Under the pieces are notes generated by a model that was given only the letters and a program-made list of their open reading frames with translations, searched no databases and was not told where the DNA came from. A DNA stretch of 64,000 bases from Chiloscyllium plagiosum (taxonomy: Eukaryota). Each line of letters opens with the position of its first letter. The first letter of the stretch is position 1. Location: assembly GCF_004010195.1 (NCBI RefSeq), contig NC_057718.1, forward strand, positions 38,129,152-38,193,151, read 5' to 3'. Shown in pieces: positions 12,939 through 26,279 of the stretch. A program made the translations under genes and the position numbers.

Positions 12939-13566
12939 TGTGACGATACTATGGCTTTAAGAGGTGTATTTTGTCCTGGTTTTTTAATGAAGGAAGGTTG
13001 ATATAGCGATTCCAAGCAGTCTGCTGAACACCAATAAAGTAAACAGCTTTTGAGACCTTGGGTTTTTTTAAAAAGTTAGAACAATAGAAGTGGTCTGAAT
13101 GGGTGAGGTCAAGCTCCCACAGAACCAGGAGAGTTTTAGTTTTAGCTTTCTGGGGTCTTGAAGCTAGATGCAGAAATTCTTATTCCTTTCTCTGTAATGG
13201 CTAAAAGCTGGAGCTTTCTTCCTTCTGGTAGAATTGCATGTGAGATAACCTATTTTACTGAACTTGCCTTTGACAAGGGTGTGTTTTTGAGATGTTACTC
13301 AATTAGAACAGTTAATTTGGTCAGCATAGATATTATTTTGTTAACCATTTTGATAGAGTTACAGTTAAGCTAATTCTTTTATTTTTATTTTTTCTGTATA
13401 TTAACTGTAGTGTAAAAATAGTGTGTTTTGCTTAAAGTTGACAGTTTGACCAACTAATTTACATTTGGAATGCAAAGCCCTACACTGACCTTCAAAATAA
13501 AAAAAATGCTAGGGTCTAGACTATCTTCTTAATAGATTTTGAGGGGGTTTGGTCTGGTCCTTAACA
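12939..13566 (+). repeat. 3' LTR of the Gypsy element (628 bp)
   Basis: Starts TGTGAC directly after the purine tract AAGGGAGGAGG and ends TTAACA. Colinear along its length with 53447-54079. Confidence 0.88.
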
Positions 13567-15721
13567 GGAATCTGTGAAAATGATTATAGAGGGTGACTGA
13601 AAATGTGGCTAAAAGGCACGTTTTAAGGAAGGGTGCACTGGAGCATGATAAAGACGCTGCCACCAATGGTGGTTTAAAGGGTGAGTAGAACACAGAACAG
13701 GCCAGAATAAACAGGAGATATCAACAAGTGCATGATGCTGCTGAAGAATATAAATGTTTGCTGGAGGAAAGTATATGAGGAATTTAGGATCGAAGACTTT
13801 TCATTGAGCTGGAAACAGTAACATTGAACAACAATGAAGGTTTTATTTTCCATTTTTTTCTTTCTGATATTGTAACAGATGTAACTTAACAAGTCAACTA
13901 GAGCGTGATATGATTTGTGTAAATTACAGTAACTGAAATGTAATGGAAACTACTTAAGTGTTGCAAATGACCACAAACCACACACACTAAGTGGTGGAAG
14001 TGTATGCTTCAGTGTGTTTTTTTTTAAGTTTTAAGAAGTGCCTTTCTTTTGTATGTTTTAGATATAATTGTCAATTGAAATGGTAAAGCATGATCAGGAG
14101 CAACTGTAAAGAGAACTGAGGCTCATATTTGGCATTGCATAATGTCTTTTGAAAGTTTGTATCAGGCTTTTGGGGGCAAAATATTTACATTGACTTTTCT
14201 TGTTAAATGTTTAAGGCATTTAGGTTTGAAAAAGTCAAGTTACATGAATTGTTTAATTTTTTTGCCATGGTTGCAGCTAAAAATATACTGAGGAGAAAAG
14301 TGAATTTGTCCAAATCTCTCTCTCCCTTTCTGAAAGGCTGAACTTATACAGATGGTCTAGGATTGCTATAGCTCTCAGTAATCTGATTGACTTTTCTTTG
14401 TATGTTGCAGTGTTATGAATAACCCACTCGAGTGGGATATTGCAATGAAACCCAATTCTGTCACTAATTATATTGTTACTCTTAAATTAACACACACATT
14501 CTATCTAGCCTCTTTTTTTTCTTGTGTGTACCAGACATTTCTGTCATTGCTCTTTCAAAGATTCAGTACTTCAGTAGGTTAAGGCATTTATTGCACTTGT
14601 GCAGCAACTCCCTCAATGGGCTGCTTGGCAAAGATATCAAATGCCATCGTTATAAGCTACCCTGCCTTAATATGTTGTGAAAACACACAGGAATTGAACA
14701 CTTAACTAATGCCAGCCAAGGCATTTGCTGGTGCATTTTGTTGGGGATTCTTAAGTAGAATTGATGATCATATGCCCTCGAGAATTTAGCATCATCAAAG
14801 AGGAAAATGGAAAAAAACCATACTACAAGGTATTATTTTGAAAAATCATTCTCTGGATGTAAATATCATGAGTGTTGCTGGAATCTTGTTTTCAATCCAT
14901 AGTTCCCCTGAGAACTTTGTGAATTTTCTTCATGGCCTATGAATGTTGTAACTGTTCATATAATTGAACGGCTGGTTAAGCTGCTTGAAACAGCAATTAA
15001 AAATCAATAACATTGGTTTGGAACTGGATACAGTCCCTACCTTCCCAAAAGTTGGATTTTATGATAATGTTCAGCTTTGTGGTTGCAGAATTTTTTAAGA
15101 GAATTGCATTTTAAATGTAAATTCAATTTTTAAAACTGTTTGGGTGGAATTTAAACTCTAAAGCTATTTGGATTATTTGACTAATCTTGTAACCACTGTT
15201 CTATCAATTCCTGGCATGCAGAACTCCCCGGGGGTTTTCTCCCAAAAACAATAGAGGTTAAAAATAAAAACTGGTCCCCGAAGTGAACAATGCAAATTTA
15301 TAGGACTTTATTGCTTTCATGCTCTTCTCCAACCATTGTGTTGCCTTATGTCAGCTCACTGGTTCTCAAAACAATGTTTAAAATCGTTGTATTATCTCTT
15401 CTCCTTTTCCTTTCTCCAGTCATGCTTGGTATACAATTCTGTGAACACTTGTTGGTAACCTTGACCAAGTGACCATTTCACATAAAACCAAAATACTGTG
15501 AACACAGTCTGGACTACTCAGAATATCAAGGGTCCAATTCAGATAAGCAGTACACACATTTCTAAATGGAATTGCGCCACCAACCATATGAAGCAAGAAT
15601 GAAAAAGAATGCCATTTGACAACCTCTGAAGCAGGTTTTAGACTCTTTGCATGTGGAATTAATGCACCTACCATATGTTTCAGGTCCCCTCCTCAAGATT
15701 GGTTTGGTCTGAAGCAGGGGA

Positions 15722-16010
15722 AGCAATGTCCTCGTGGTATTATTACAATATTATGAATCCAGAAATTCGGCTTATGTTCTGGGGACCTGCCAAGGCAGAT
15801 GGTGGAATTTGAATTAAATTGAAAAAGAAAATTTGGAATTAAGAATCTAATGATGACCATGAAACTGTTGTTGATTGTTGAAAAAAAAACAAATTACTTC
15901 ATTAATGTCTTTTACCTCACCTGGCCTGGCCTATGTGTGAATCCAGACCCACTGCAATGTGATTGACTCTTCTCTCTGAAATGGGCTCGCAAGCCATTCA
16001 GTTGTATCAA
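15722..16010 (+). mobile_element. Older SINE-like repeat, second family (related minus-strand copies at about 14845-15200 and 40720-41035)
   Basis: Contains GGCAGATGGTGGAATTTGAATT...GATGACCATGAAAC...CCTGGCCTA...CCAGACCCAC..CAATGTG. Inverted similarity to 40720-41035. Family not named with confidence. Confidence 0.5.
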
Positions 16011-16025
16011 TTGCCAAAAGTCTTA

Positions 16026-16910
16026 ACAACTACATCCCCAGCTTTTTCATGTGGATCTATTCTCCATGGTGCTTTGTTGCACTTGGTTACAGTTTTGGGG
16101 AAAGAAAACCTAAAAGCATAAATTTTAACTGGTTGGATTAATGCTGTCTTTCATTAATAATTTTAAATGTAGCAAAATGTTGCCTTAAACTGTGATGTAT
16201 CTTGAAAATGGTAATTCGTTCTAATCTTAGCGTGATACCATTCTACCGTATTTGACTTTTTTGGAATGAGAATTCCTACTGTGTGGAAACGGGCCTTTTG
16301 GCCCAACAAGTCCACACCGACCCTCTGAAGAGTATCCCATGCAGACCTATTCCCCTACATTTACCCCTCACTCGTGCACCTAAACTATATATCTGTGAAC
16401 ACTATGGGCAATTTAGCATGGCCATTTCACCTAATCTGCACATTGTTTGGGTTGTGGGAGGAAACTGGAGCACCCGGAGGAAACCCATGCAGACACGGGG
16501 AGAATGTGCAAACTCCACACAGACAGTTGCCTGAGACTGGAATCGAACCCAGGTCCCTGGTGCTGTGAGGCAGCAGTGCTAACCACCATGCTGCCCCCGA
16601 GAGCCCAACTATCTGAAGTATGATTTATTTTCAAAAGATTTCAAGGTCAAAAAAGAAATGATGCAACAAAAAAACACTTTGTACTTGAAAGGTGCCCTTC
16701 TTGTTGTTTGGGAGAAGTAAGATAGTGTGGCATATGATCTCTGGTTTGGGTTTTGAGAAACTTTCTTGCTATCTCAAATTGATGCAATTTGCATGATTTG
16801 CTTGAAATTAGTATGGTTAAATATACTTATTCTAAATTTGAGGAAACTTTCGTAAACGTGAGGTAACACTGGCATTTAGAGTAGTTTTTCAATTAGTTTT
16901 GGGTTCTATT
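16026..16910. repeat. Copy 1 of a ~530-bp direct duplication (copy 2 at 48824-49354), interrupted by a SINE
   Basis: Colinear from CTATTCTCCATGGTGCTTTGT to TTTTTCAATTAGTTTTGGGTTC in both places. Confidence 0.9.
16256..16610 (-). mobile_element. HE1/V-SINE
   Basis: Full SINE in reverse orientation. Absent from the second copy of the duplication. Confidence 0.9.
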
Positions 16911-16919
16911 CGCACAAGA

Positions 16920-17480
16920 AGGGTATCTAATATTACGGAGGTCTTGATCAATTGTGTCAATGAGGAGTGACAGATGGAGTTTAATGTGTTAAATGTGAGG
17001 CATTGCATTTGTTAATACAAACAAGGACAAGACTTATATAATTAATGGTGAGGCCCTGGGTGGTGTTGGAGAACAGAGAGATGTGGCGTTCAGGTACATA
17101 ATTCTTTGACGTTTGTGTCATAAGTAGACAGAGTGGGAAAGAAGGTTTCACATGCTTGCCTTCATTGCTCAGACCTTTGATATAGAAGTTAGGACGTCAT
17201 GTTGAGATTATACAGGATATTGGTGAGGCCTCTTCTGGACTGCTGTGTCTAGTTCTGGTCACCCTATTATAGGAAGGATATTATTAAACTGGAGAGAGTT
17301 CAGAAAGAATTTACCAAGATCTTGGCGGGAACAGAGAGTTTGAGATATAAAAATAGGCTGGATAGGCTAAGACGTTTTTCATTGGAGCGCAGGAGGTTGA
17401 GAGGTGACCTTATATAAGTTTATAAAATCATGAGGAGCATAGATGAGGTGAATGACAAGTGTCTTTTCCCGAAGATGGGG
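16920..17480 (+). mobile_element. CR1 RT C-terminal fragment
   Basis: Reads LYRILVRPLLDCCV*FWSPYYRKDIIKLERVQK..LERRRLRGDLI. Confidence 0.85.
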
Positions 17481-18870
17481 TGGTAACTGGCCAGGTTGGA
17501 TTTGTCCGGCTTTTTGTGTACATGACATACCTCGGCAATTTTTCACTGTCGGCTAGATGCCAGTGTTGTAACCGTACTGGAAGAGCTTCTTTGGGGAGCA
17601 GCGAGTTCTGAAGCACAAGTCTTCTGTACTGTTGCCAGGAAGTGGTCAGTGCCTGTAGCCTTTGCATTATCCAGTGTCTCCAACTGTGTCTTCATATCAC
17701 GTGGAATGAATTGAATTGGCGTAAGAATGGTATTTATAATGCTGGGGACCATTGGAGGAGGCCGAGATGGGTTATCCACTTGACACTTCTGACTGAAGAC
17801 TGCTACTTCAGCTTTATCTTTTGCACTGATGTGCTGGGCTCTTCCATTGTTGAGAATGGCGATATTTGTGGAGTTCCTCATCCAGTGATTTATTCAATTG
17901 TCCATAACTATTCACGATTGAATGTGGCAGAACTGCAGAGCTTAGTTCTGATCCGTTGATTGGGGGATTGCTTAGCTTTGTCTATCACTTGCTGCTTATG
18001 ATTTTTGATATTGTTTGGTTGCTGTACTAGGTTAACACCTCTTTTCAGATAAACCTGGTGCTGCTCTTGGCATGCCCTCCTGCATTATCCTTTGAACCAG
18101 GATTGATCCCCTGGCTTGATGGTTATGGTTGACTGGGAAATATGCTGGGTCATGCAGTTGTGGATTGTGCTGCTATTGATGGCCCACAGCACTTCATGGA
18201 TACCCAGGTCGAGTTGCGAGATATGTTCTAAGTCTATCCCATTTTAGCATGATGATGGTGCCACACAACATGATGGAGGATATTCTCAATGTGAAGGCAG
18301 GATTTTGTCTGCATAAGGACTGTGTGGTGGTCACAGTTGGACTGTCATGGATGGATGCATCTACAGCTGGCAGACTAGTAAGGATGAAGTCAAATATGTT
18401 TTTCCCTCTTGTTGGTTCCTTCACCACCTACTGCAAATACAGTCTAGCAGATATGTCTTTTAGGACCGGACAAGCTCGATCAGTAGTACTGCTGCTGAAC
18501 CACTCTTGTTGGTGGACACTGAAATCCCTCACCCAGAGTACGTTTTGTGCCCTTGTTGCCCTCAGTGCTTCCTCCAAGGATTGTTCAATATGGAGGAATA
18601 CTGATTCATCAGCTAAAGGAGGATGGTACATGGAAATCAGCAGGAGGTTTCTTTGCCCATGTTTAACCTGTTGCCATGAGACTTAATGGGATCCAGAGAC
18701 AATGTTGAGGATTCCCAGGGCAACTTCCTCTCGACTGTATACCACTGTGTTGCTACCTCTGCTGTATCTGTCCTGCCAGTGGAACAGGACATACCCAGGG
18801 ATGTTGATTGTGGTGTCTAGAACCTTCTCTATAAGATATGATTAGTTAGTAAGGAGTACTTTGCAGGATG
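17481..18870 (-). mobile_element. Second LINE family (CR1/L2 group), endonuclease region, decayed
   Basis: Minus-strand YHPPLADESV..NVLWVRDFSVHQQEW, VKEPTRGKNIFDFILTSLP, and KDKAEV..FSQKC..LETLDNAKATGTD. Clearly different from the main CR1. Probable RT and 3' pieces of the same family at 43135-44220, 51410-53285 and about 24000-24575. Confidence 0.75.
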
Positions 18871-18944
18871 TTCAGGGCTGTTTCTCCCTTTGTCTTTTTC
18901 ACTGCCGAGGTCAATGCCAGGTGGTCTGCCCAATATTATTTCTT

Positions 18945-19325
18945 TATAGAGTCCTAGATCATATAGCACGGAAACAGACCTTTTGGTCCATCCGGTCCAT
19001 GCTGACCATTTTTCCAATCTAAACTAGTGCCACCTGCCTGTGCTTGGCTCATATCCGTCCAAACTTTTCCTTTTCAATGTCTCTTAAACATTGTAACTGT
19101 ACTGCATCCACCACTTTTTTTTTCTGGCCATTTTTTCCACACATGAACTACTCTCTTAAAAAAAATTGTCCCTCGTCCTTTTTAAATCCTTTTCCTCTAA
19201 CCTTAAAAATATACCCCCTAGTTTTGAACTCCCCCATCCGAGGGAAAAGACAGTTGTCATTCACCTTACCTATGCCCCTCATGATTTTATAAACCTCAAT
19301 AAGATCAACCCTCAATCTCTTAATA
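18945..19325 (-). mobile_element. CR1 3' end fragment
   Basis: Same 3'UTR as the copies at 10876, 32535 and 59578 (GGAAACAGACC..TTGGTCC). Confidence 0.82.
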
Positions 19326-20430
19326 ATAAGAATGGCAATTTAGTTTCAAGTCAGGATAGTGTGTGTCTTAGATGGGAAATTACATGTGATGGAAGACCAA
19401 TGCATCTGCTGACTTTGGCCTTCTGAATAGTAGAGGTTGTGTGTTTTAAAGGTACTGTTGGAAGAGTCTTGGTGTGTTGCTGCAGTGATTTGTGTTGATG
19501 GTACATACTCTTGTGATTGTGTGCATTAGCATTGAAGGGAGGTGCCAATCCAAGCTTCAAATCCTCACTTTTTCCAGCCCGATTCCTGCTGCCATTACTG
19601 TCCATCTTCAACATGGACCCATAACGTGAGTCTTAGTTCCTGATCACTCAGTTCTGAGCCCTGCTTATCCCTGTCTTGACATTACCTGATTTCCCAATTC
19701 CTGACTGGATCTAATCCCCAAATTCACTGAGGTTAGCACTCGGCTGTTATACCTGTTGATGGACTGTCTACATATAAGCTGCATTACATTGATGTCTGAT
19801 ATATGGTTCCAAGTTAGCCCTTAACATTATTGTTCTAGTACCCTCTTCATACTCAAAAATAGGTACACCCAAATTTCTGTGTCTCCCAAGTTGAACTCAA
19901 AATACTGTAACTGGTAGGTTGGAGATCAAACTGAGCATCTTATTGCTGGGAACAGGTAAGGATGGAATTTGTTTTAATCACTATATGCAGGTCCATGCTT
20001 GTATATCTTCCCAACTCTTTCCTGCTGATGTGGACTGACAACTATTGTTTAGCAATTTATCAGACTGATTTAGATTATTATTAAAGTTAAATTTTAGCTG
20101 AAAAAATACAGTTGGAGTTTCGTTGGAATGAACTGTCACGTTGATGCAGAAATTTGCCTTTTCAGCAATTGTGGCACCTGCTGGCAATACATTGAATTTC
20201 TTTGGAGTCCAGCCAATATTTTTATATAAAAGAGGAACTGGATAGGTCTTAAGAGACTGAGGGTGAAATTGAATATGGATGGTGGTAGCAAATTGATTGT
20301 CCAATTTTCCTTCTCCCTTCTCAGCAGGAACTCAGAATAATCACTGGACTTGAAATGTTAACTTTTTCATACCACAGAAGCTGCCAGACCTGCTTAATTT
20401 CTCCAACATTTTATTTTTATTTCAGATCAG

Positions 20431-20757
20431 TGGGCACAGTGGTTAACACTGCTGCCTCACAGCGCCAGAGACACGGGTTCAATTCCCACCTCAGGCGACT
20501 GACTGTGTGGAGTTTGCACGTTCTCCCCGTGTCTGCGTGGGTTTCCTCCGGGTGCTCTGGTTTCCTCCCACAGTCCAAAGATGTGCAGGTCAGGTGAATT
20601 GGCCATGCTAAATTGCCCGTAGTGTTAGGTAAGGGGTAAATGTAGAGGTATGGGTGGGTTGCGCTTCGGCAGGTCGGCGTGGACTTGTTGGGCCGAAGGG
20701 CCTGTTTCCACACTGTAATGTAATCTAATCTAATCTGTATGTAATCTAATCTAATCT
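20431..20757 (+). mobile_element. HE1/V-SINE, near full length
   Basis: tRNA-like head with GGGTTCAATTCC, central domain, and a (TAATC)n tail. Confidence 0.92.
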
Positions 20758-20984
20758 CCAGCATCCAGAATATTTTGCTTTTATGTGAAACATTTCATCA
20801 GTTCAGTTTGTCGGTAAAAGAGAATCCTGATTAGCCCCCTCCCCAATATAATTGACCTGGATTTGAAGCTGGTTCTTTGTCTCTTTCAGACGGTTATGTT
20901 TTCCAGGTGGAATGGGGAGTGTGCTCAAGATCGTGCAGGCTGGATGGTCCTTACAGCCAAATCTGAGGCCTTCCTGATCAGTCG

Positions 20985-21100
20985 TGATCAAGGGCTTATG
21001 CCTGAAAGGTCGACTCTCCTGCTCCTCTGATGTTGCCTGACCTGCTGCGCTTTTCCAGCACCACACTCTCTATTCTGATCTCCAGTCCTCACTTTCTCCT
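20985..21100 (+). mobile_element. PLE pseudo-LTR fragment (family A), decayed
   Basis: AAGGGCTTATGCCTGAAAGGTCGAC...GCCTGACCTGCTGCGCTTTTCCAGCA matches the 3' ends of the PLE copies at 44457 and 55174. Confidence 0.75.
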
Positions 21101-21399
21101 AACCTTCCTGACCAATCTGGTTCAGGGATTAGTGGATAAATTCTGTCAACTACTGAAAAATGTTTACACTAGGGGCAATTTCTCCGAGGACTGCTTTTTT
21201 TTTAAAAAAGAAAAAAGAAATGAATAGCTTTGCAAGGTTCCCAGAAACCCTGAAGACAACCTGGCTGGCTTTGGCCATTCCTGGGTTCAGCAGAAACCCC
21301 TGGCTGCAATTCCAGGCACGATGCAAGAAATGTTTCGCGCCTCCCACAAATGCACGTTATTGCTATGAAAATGTTGGCCACCTGTTCTTCCCCTTGATA

Positions 21400-22300
21400 A
21401 ACCAGAGCACCAACAGCAACGAGCCTTGGGGCCGCAGGCTGGGAAATGTTGCAACGTGTTGGAGAAGAGGCAAGGCTTGGGCACCTTTACCTCCCGCTTT
21501 GCGAGAGGAGAGCCCTCACTCGATTATCCCGGCGGTGGAGAATCATTATTATTATTATTGTTATTTCAGTTGTTGCTTGACCGCCCGCGAGTAGGGCCAG
21601 CTGCACACACACACACACACAGTCCCCGGGACCCGGGCAGTTGGGAGGCTCGAGCTGTCTGTCGCGCGCAGACAACCCTGAGCGCGTCGGAAGGAGCGGC
21701 CGCCTCCCGACGACATGGGGAGGAGGGTGGGACGGTGAGAGAGAGAGAGAAAACTTTGCGAGAGCGGGCACGATATTCTGCTAAACATGGCCGCACGGTC
21801 TTATCCGTTCTGGGGATGCCATGCACCGGACTGTACCGGGCCAAAGTGTCGCGCCTAAGCGGAGTCAGGGGAGGGCAACCCCCCGCCAATTTCTTGCAAA
21901 ACATCAGCTCGTTTGGAGAAACAGCAATTTATTTTTTACAAAGTGCAGACCAAACTCTGCTCTCCTGTCAGGGAGCGATTATTTTTTTCGCTGCGCTGCA
22001 GGAGGGGGCGAAAGATTTAAGTGCAAAAAGGTAGGTGCAAATTAAAAAGCGTTTTTGCAAATTTTAAAATTGTCGCTGGAAGTTTCGTTCCCTCCCCCCG
22101 CAAACTCCCGGTATGCAGTGAGGGAGAGGCCTTCCATGCGCTATTGCTGGTTGCATTGGTGTAGAAGTACAGTCAGGATGGGTGGGGGAGAGGCTGCAGT
22201 TACCTGAGTGATTGACAGATCTGCTGCTGTGTCCAGAAACATTCCGATGGGCAGACTTTGGGCTGACCACTTGCCCAGGAAAGGGCAGTTAACAGACGAC
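21400..22300 (+). promoter_or_regulatory. CpG island; probable promoter and first exon of an unidentified host gene
   Basis: The only non-repeat stretch with dense CpG (CGCGCG, GCGGCCGC, CCCCGGGACCCGGG). YY1-like AACATGGCCGC at 21784-21794. Short (ATT)n, (CA)n and (GA)n tracts. Strong donor AAG|GTAGGT at 22030/22031. A GC box follows at about 22482. Confidence 0.75.
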
Positions 22301-25100
22301 CCTCTCCTTTTGGGACCACTGGTGGGGGTGCATTGTTTTTTTTAGTTTGAACCCTGCTTAGTAATTTGCAAAGTGCGAGTGTCCTGTATGTGACAGTGAA
22401 GAACGTCATTTTTGTAGGATAGTTGATTTTTTTTCCCTACCCCATCCCATTTGTCTTTTTACAGAAGGGGCTCTTAAAAAAGGGGCGGGAGTTAGTGTGT
22501 ATTGATTTCATTGGAGTTTAAAGCAGAAGTTCGATCCTTCAACTTGTCACAGCGTTTTTTCATTGTTGGGTTGCTTTCTGAATGGGTGTGAATGTTTTAC
22601 ATTAAATACGAATGACAGACACCCATGAACTCTGTAGTTGAGCGCACCATTCCCGTCTGATAGGACGGACACGTGAAATGCATTTCGTATTGTTTGGGTG
22701 AGGCGAACGTAGGTGTACAATAAAGTCATTGTTCACTCGATTGCAACATTGACCAAACTGCATCTTAGTAGAATTCATCTGGAAAGAAGTCTGCGCTAAA
22801 CCTGAAGATGACCCTGTACTAAGGGTAAAAAGAAGCAAATGCAAATTGCTTACACTTAATTACACTCTATCTATAGACATTCCAATTTAAAAAAATTCAG
22901 AGTTTATCGGATTAAAATCTCTGCAAAACAAATGTCAAACCAGACATTAAAATGGAAAACTGAAATATTTAAGTGCGAGTGTGTAATAATGTCTGATATT
23001 TTTGTTCTGCTGGGAAACATTCACAATTTTCCATATTTTTGTTACCTGATTCAGGGAACATGCATGTGAGGCAATCATAAAATGTTGCAGAAACTCAGCA
23101 GGTCTGGAGTCATACTGGACTCAAAACATTAACTGTCTCTATCTCCACAAGCACTGCTAAACCTGAGTTTCTGCTTTTTCTGTTTGTTTTAGACTTGTAG
23201 CATACAGTGTTTTGTTCTTATTAAAAGGAATGAGAGATTGAGTGAATATAACAAAGAACTGCACATGTTGGCAATCTGAAACAAAAACAGAAAATGCTGG
23301 AAAAACTCATCAGGTCGAGCAGAATTTGTGGAGAGAAAGCAGAATTTATGTTTCAGCTCCACTGATACTACTTCAGAACACCAAGATATTGGGTTACTTG
23401 TTAAGAAGGAACATGGGAACAAATATAGGCTATTCAGTCCCTGAAACCTCTTCAGATATTAATTTAGTTTATACTTATGTGTTTCAAGTTAACTGAATTT
23501 GCTTGTCTATGTTATGACTCCCTTTCGTGCATTTGCCAATGGAAAATCTTAATTGCTGTAGCTGATGTCACACTTGAATCGAATAAGCTCTAAGTTTACT
23601 GCAACATAGAAAATTAGAAAATAGCAGCAGGAGTCAGGCATTTGCACCATTGAGCATATTCCATCACTTAGTTGGATCTTTGCTAATCATCTACATCAGT
23701 TTTCCCACACTGATCTCATCATTAGATCATAAAACATAGGACCATCCAGAGATTGTTTAGCACGATGCGTCTCGTGTGCAATTGAATAGGATCATAGCTC
23801 ATCTGATTGTGGTTTAAACTTTATTTCTTTGCCTGCCTTCTCAGAATCCTTGACATTGTGAGTACAAAGTCTGGCTAAACTACATCTCCATTTTGTATAT
23901 ATGCCACTAGAGAAAATAAGATAGATGGACAGAAGCTATCAACTTCTTTTTATCAGTGAGAGAGAATCTGACAATCATCCCTTGCAGTTCACCGCCATTA
24001 CTATCAACATTTTGGGGGGTTAATATTGGATAGATTCTTAAATGCGCCAACAGGAAGTTTTCAGAGGAGGTCAGAAGTTAGGAATTTTTCAGGGGGAACT
24101 TACTTCCTGACTTCCCAGAAGTCAGAAATTTCAAGGTACAAGTCAGGAATATAATGGAATACTCTCCATTGATGTGGATGAATGCATTTCCAGTGACATG
24201 AAGAAGCTCCATCTGGACTAAAGCAATGATTGACTGACAACCTCTTCACTCACTGCTTCCAGCAGTGCAGGGTAGGAGTTGCGTCACTACAACAACTCAT
24301 CAGGCCTCCCTCAGCAGCAGCTTCCAAACCTATGAGTTCTGTCACCTGGAGGGACGAGAGCAGCAGATGCATGGGAATGCCACCACCTCCAGGTTCTCCT
24401 CCAACCCATGTAACTTTGGGACTTGGAAATATTTCTTGGTTTCATAAAAATCCTGCAACTCTCCTCCTAATTACAATGTGTGTCTACAGTTGGGCAGCAG
24501 TGAATCAGGAAGTTGACTCATTACCACTTTAAGGGTAACTGAGGTTAAGTGACAAATTGCTGGCAACATCCATATCACATAAACAAATATTAACAAAAAA
24601 ATTTAACACCTCAATTAACTGTTATTGAATACAGGCCTAATCTTTGTGATCACCTTTATGATTCAACCCTATATCATTCTGGTGAGTCTGTTCGACATTG
24701 TTCTTCGTGAGGTGTTATAGCCAGTATTCTGGTGTTGGTATAGTATTTAGTGGCAGGGGATCAGACCAAAATTCCTGTACATGCAGAAGTGTCTGTGGTC
24801 ACTGAAAGTTCTGCTTCTATTTACCTGTATTACATTGTAGGAGTATGGGTCACTTTACGTTCTTGCAAGAGCTATGATGATAAGTAATGTGCTAACCGTC
24901 ATCCTTTCCCAGAGCATGCACCTGAAAGGTGGAAGAAGCTGCATTCATGTAGCAGCTATTGTTATGACTATTTAAGTAGTCATTTGATTTGTGATAATGT
25001 AGGGAGTTGGTGTATGTTTCTATGACACACTGTTGCCTTCTTTAATCAGTAGGTGCTTTATGTTTGAGTTAGTCGAGATATGGAATTTGAATCCTTTTTT

Positions 25101-25414
25101 GATTAGATTAGATTACTTACAGTGAGGAAACAGGCCCTTTGGCCCAACAAGTCCACACCGACCTGCCGAAGCTCAACCCACCCAGACCCATTTCCCTACA
25201 TTTACCCCTTCATCTAATACTACAGGCAATTTAGCATGGCCAACACACCTAACCTGCACATTTTTGGACTGTGGGAGGAAACTGGAGTACTCGGAGGAAC
25301 CCACGCAGACACGGGGAGAATGTGCAAACTCCACACAGACAATTGCCTGAGGTGGGAATTGAACCCGGATCTCTGGCGCTGTGAGGCAGCAGTGCTAGCC
25401 ACGGTGCCACCGTG
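25101..25414 (-). mobile_element. HE1/V-SINE
   Basis: Reverse-oriented copy with a (GATTA)n tail on the + strand. Confidence 0.92.
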
Positions 25415-26279
25415 CTTGCTTTACATTTTCCTCCCAGCATGTTTTTGTAAGGATAATAGTTGGGTGAGGAAATATTGACTTCTGGCACAGCACTCCCACT
25501 GGTTATGGGATGTTGATGAGTTCTGTCTCAGTTCTGTTCTAGTTGTCATCTTAAGCCAGATCAAAGTTCAATCCTGATTACAGTATAAAATTTTAAAATG
25601 TACTTAGAATTGCCAGTATACAGCACTGTTGGCAAAGTGTTAAGTTGTGTGCTCATTTCATCAACTTGGGCGTCATAGATGAGGATTGTTCAATGAGCTG
25701 TTGGTTCTTTGCAAAAAAGCTTTGTATGTCAGGCCTGCTTTAAGTCAGCATGAACATGATTGGTGGATAGAGTAAGAGGGATCATCTAGTATTTTTATGA
25801 TTGCACAAATCAAGCTGTTACTGACAACTGCTGGTCCACTCTGATCTTTGATCGAACATGTACAGCCAAAGATGTACACCTGGCTACGTGGACAATAAAC
25901 CAGTGAGTAATACAATGAAAAGCTAAAGTAGCTAAAATTAAGTTTCAGACTAATGGAATGCCGGAATCTGCTCTTTGTTCCATGATTGTTGAATACATGA
26001 CACTCTCATTTTTAAAAAAAATGATCCTGAGTGCTTGAAGTTAACACATCTATCATTCTTTAAATATTTTCTAATATCTGAAGGAATATAACCATTTGTA
26101 TCTTGAAGTAACTGGAACAGAAATACTGTAGTTTTCTTTTTAAAATTGACCTTGATGTTTCCTGGGAGTTGAAATTGACTTCAACAAATTTGTATTGTAG
26201 TGGGAATATTCCAAATTTCACCAACTTAGTTGCACCTTGTGAGTGAATGATTAGTTCGTGGTTTTGTAACTCAGTATCC

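Larger units (their letters stand above)
9525..13566 (+). mobile_element. Ty3/Gypsy LTR retrotransposon remnant with integrase upstream of RT (Gmr1-type order); 5'-truncated, multiply disrupted
   Basis: Integrase zinc-finger region (AHD*PVASHLGVRKT..WPGLRKDVVEFC) at about 10035-10160 and core (EPFTRVL..VGPLPKTKSG) at about 10215-10700. RT (CVDYRKV, FKVMPFG..NAPATFQRL, VVYINDLVIF) at about 11780-12100. RNase H (FKVAIDGSDVGVGAVLLQ) at about 12510-12570. Followed by a polypurine tract and LTR. Confidence 0.88.

Noticed and set aside
20431..20500. tRNA genes
   Set aside because: The A/B-box sequences are SINE heads that run into the SINE body. No complete cloverleaf.
21426..22034. 202-aa ORF in the CpG island
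   Set aside because: Non-ATG start, translates microsatellites (LLLLLL, HTHTH, RERE), no recognisable domain. Long ORFs are expected in GC-rich DNA.
22802..22832. Hammerhead-like CTGAAGA-TG-ACCCT..AGGGT in the first intron
   Set aside because: The stem is followed by AAAAAG instead of GAAA, and there is no cleavage triplet or stem I. At best a dead remnant.
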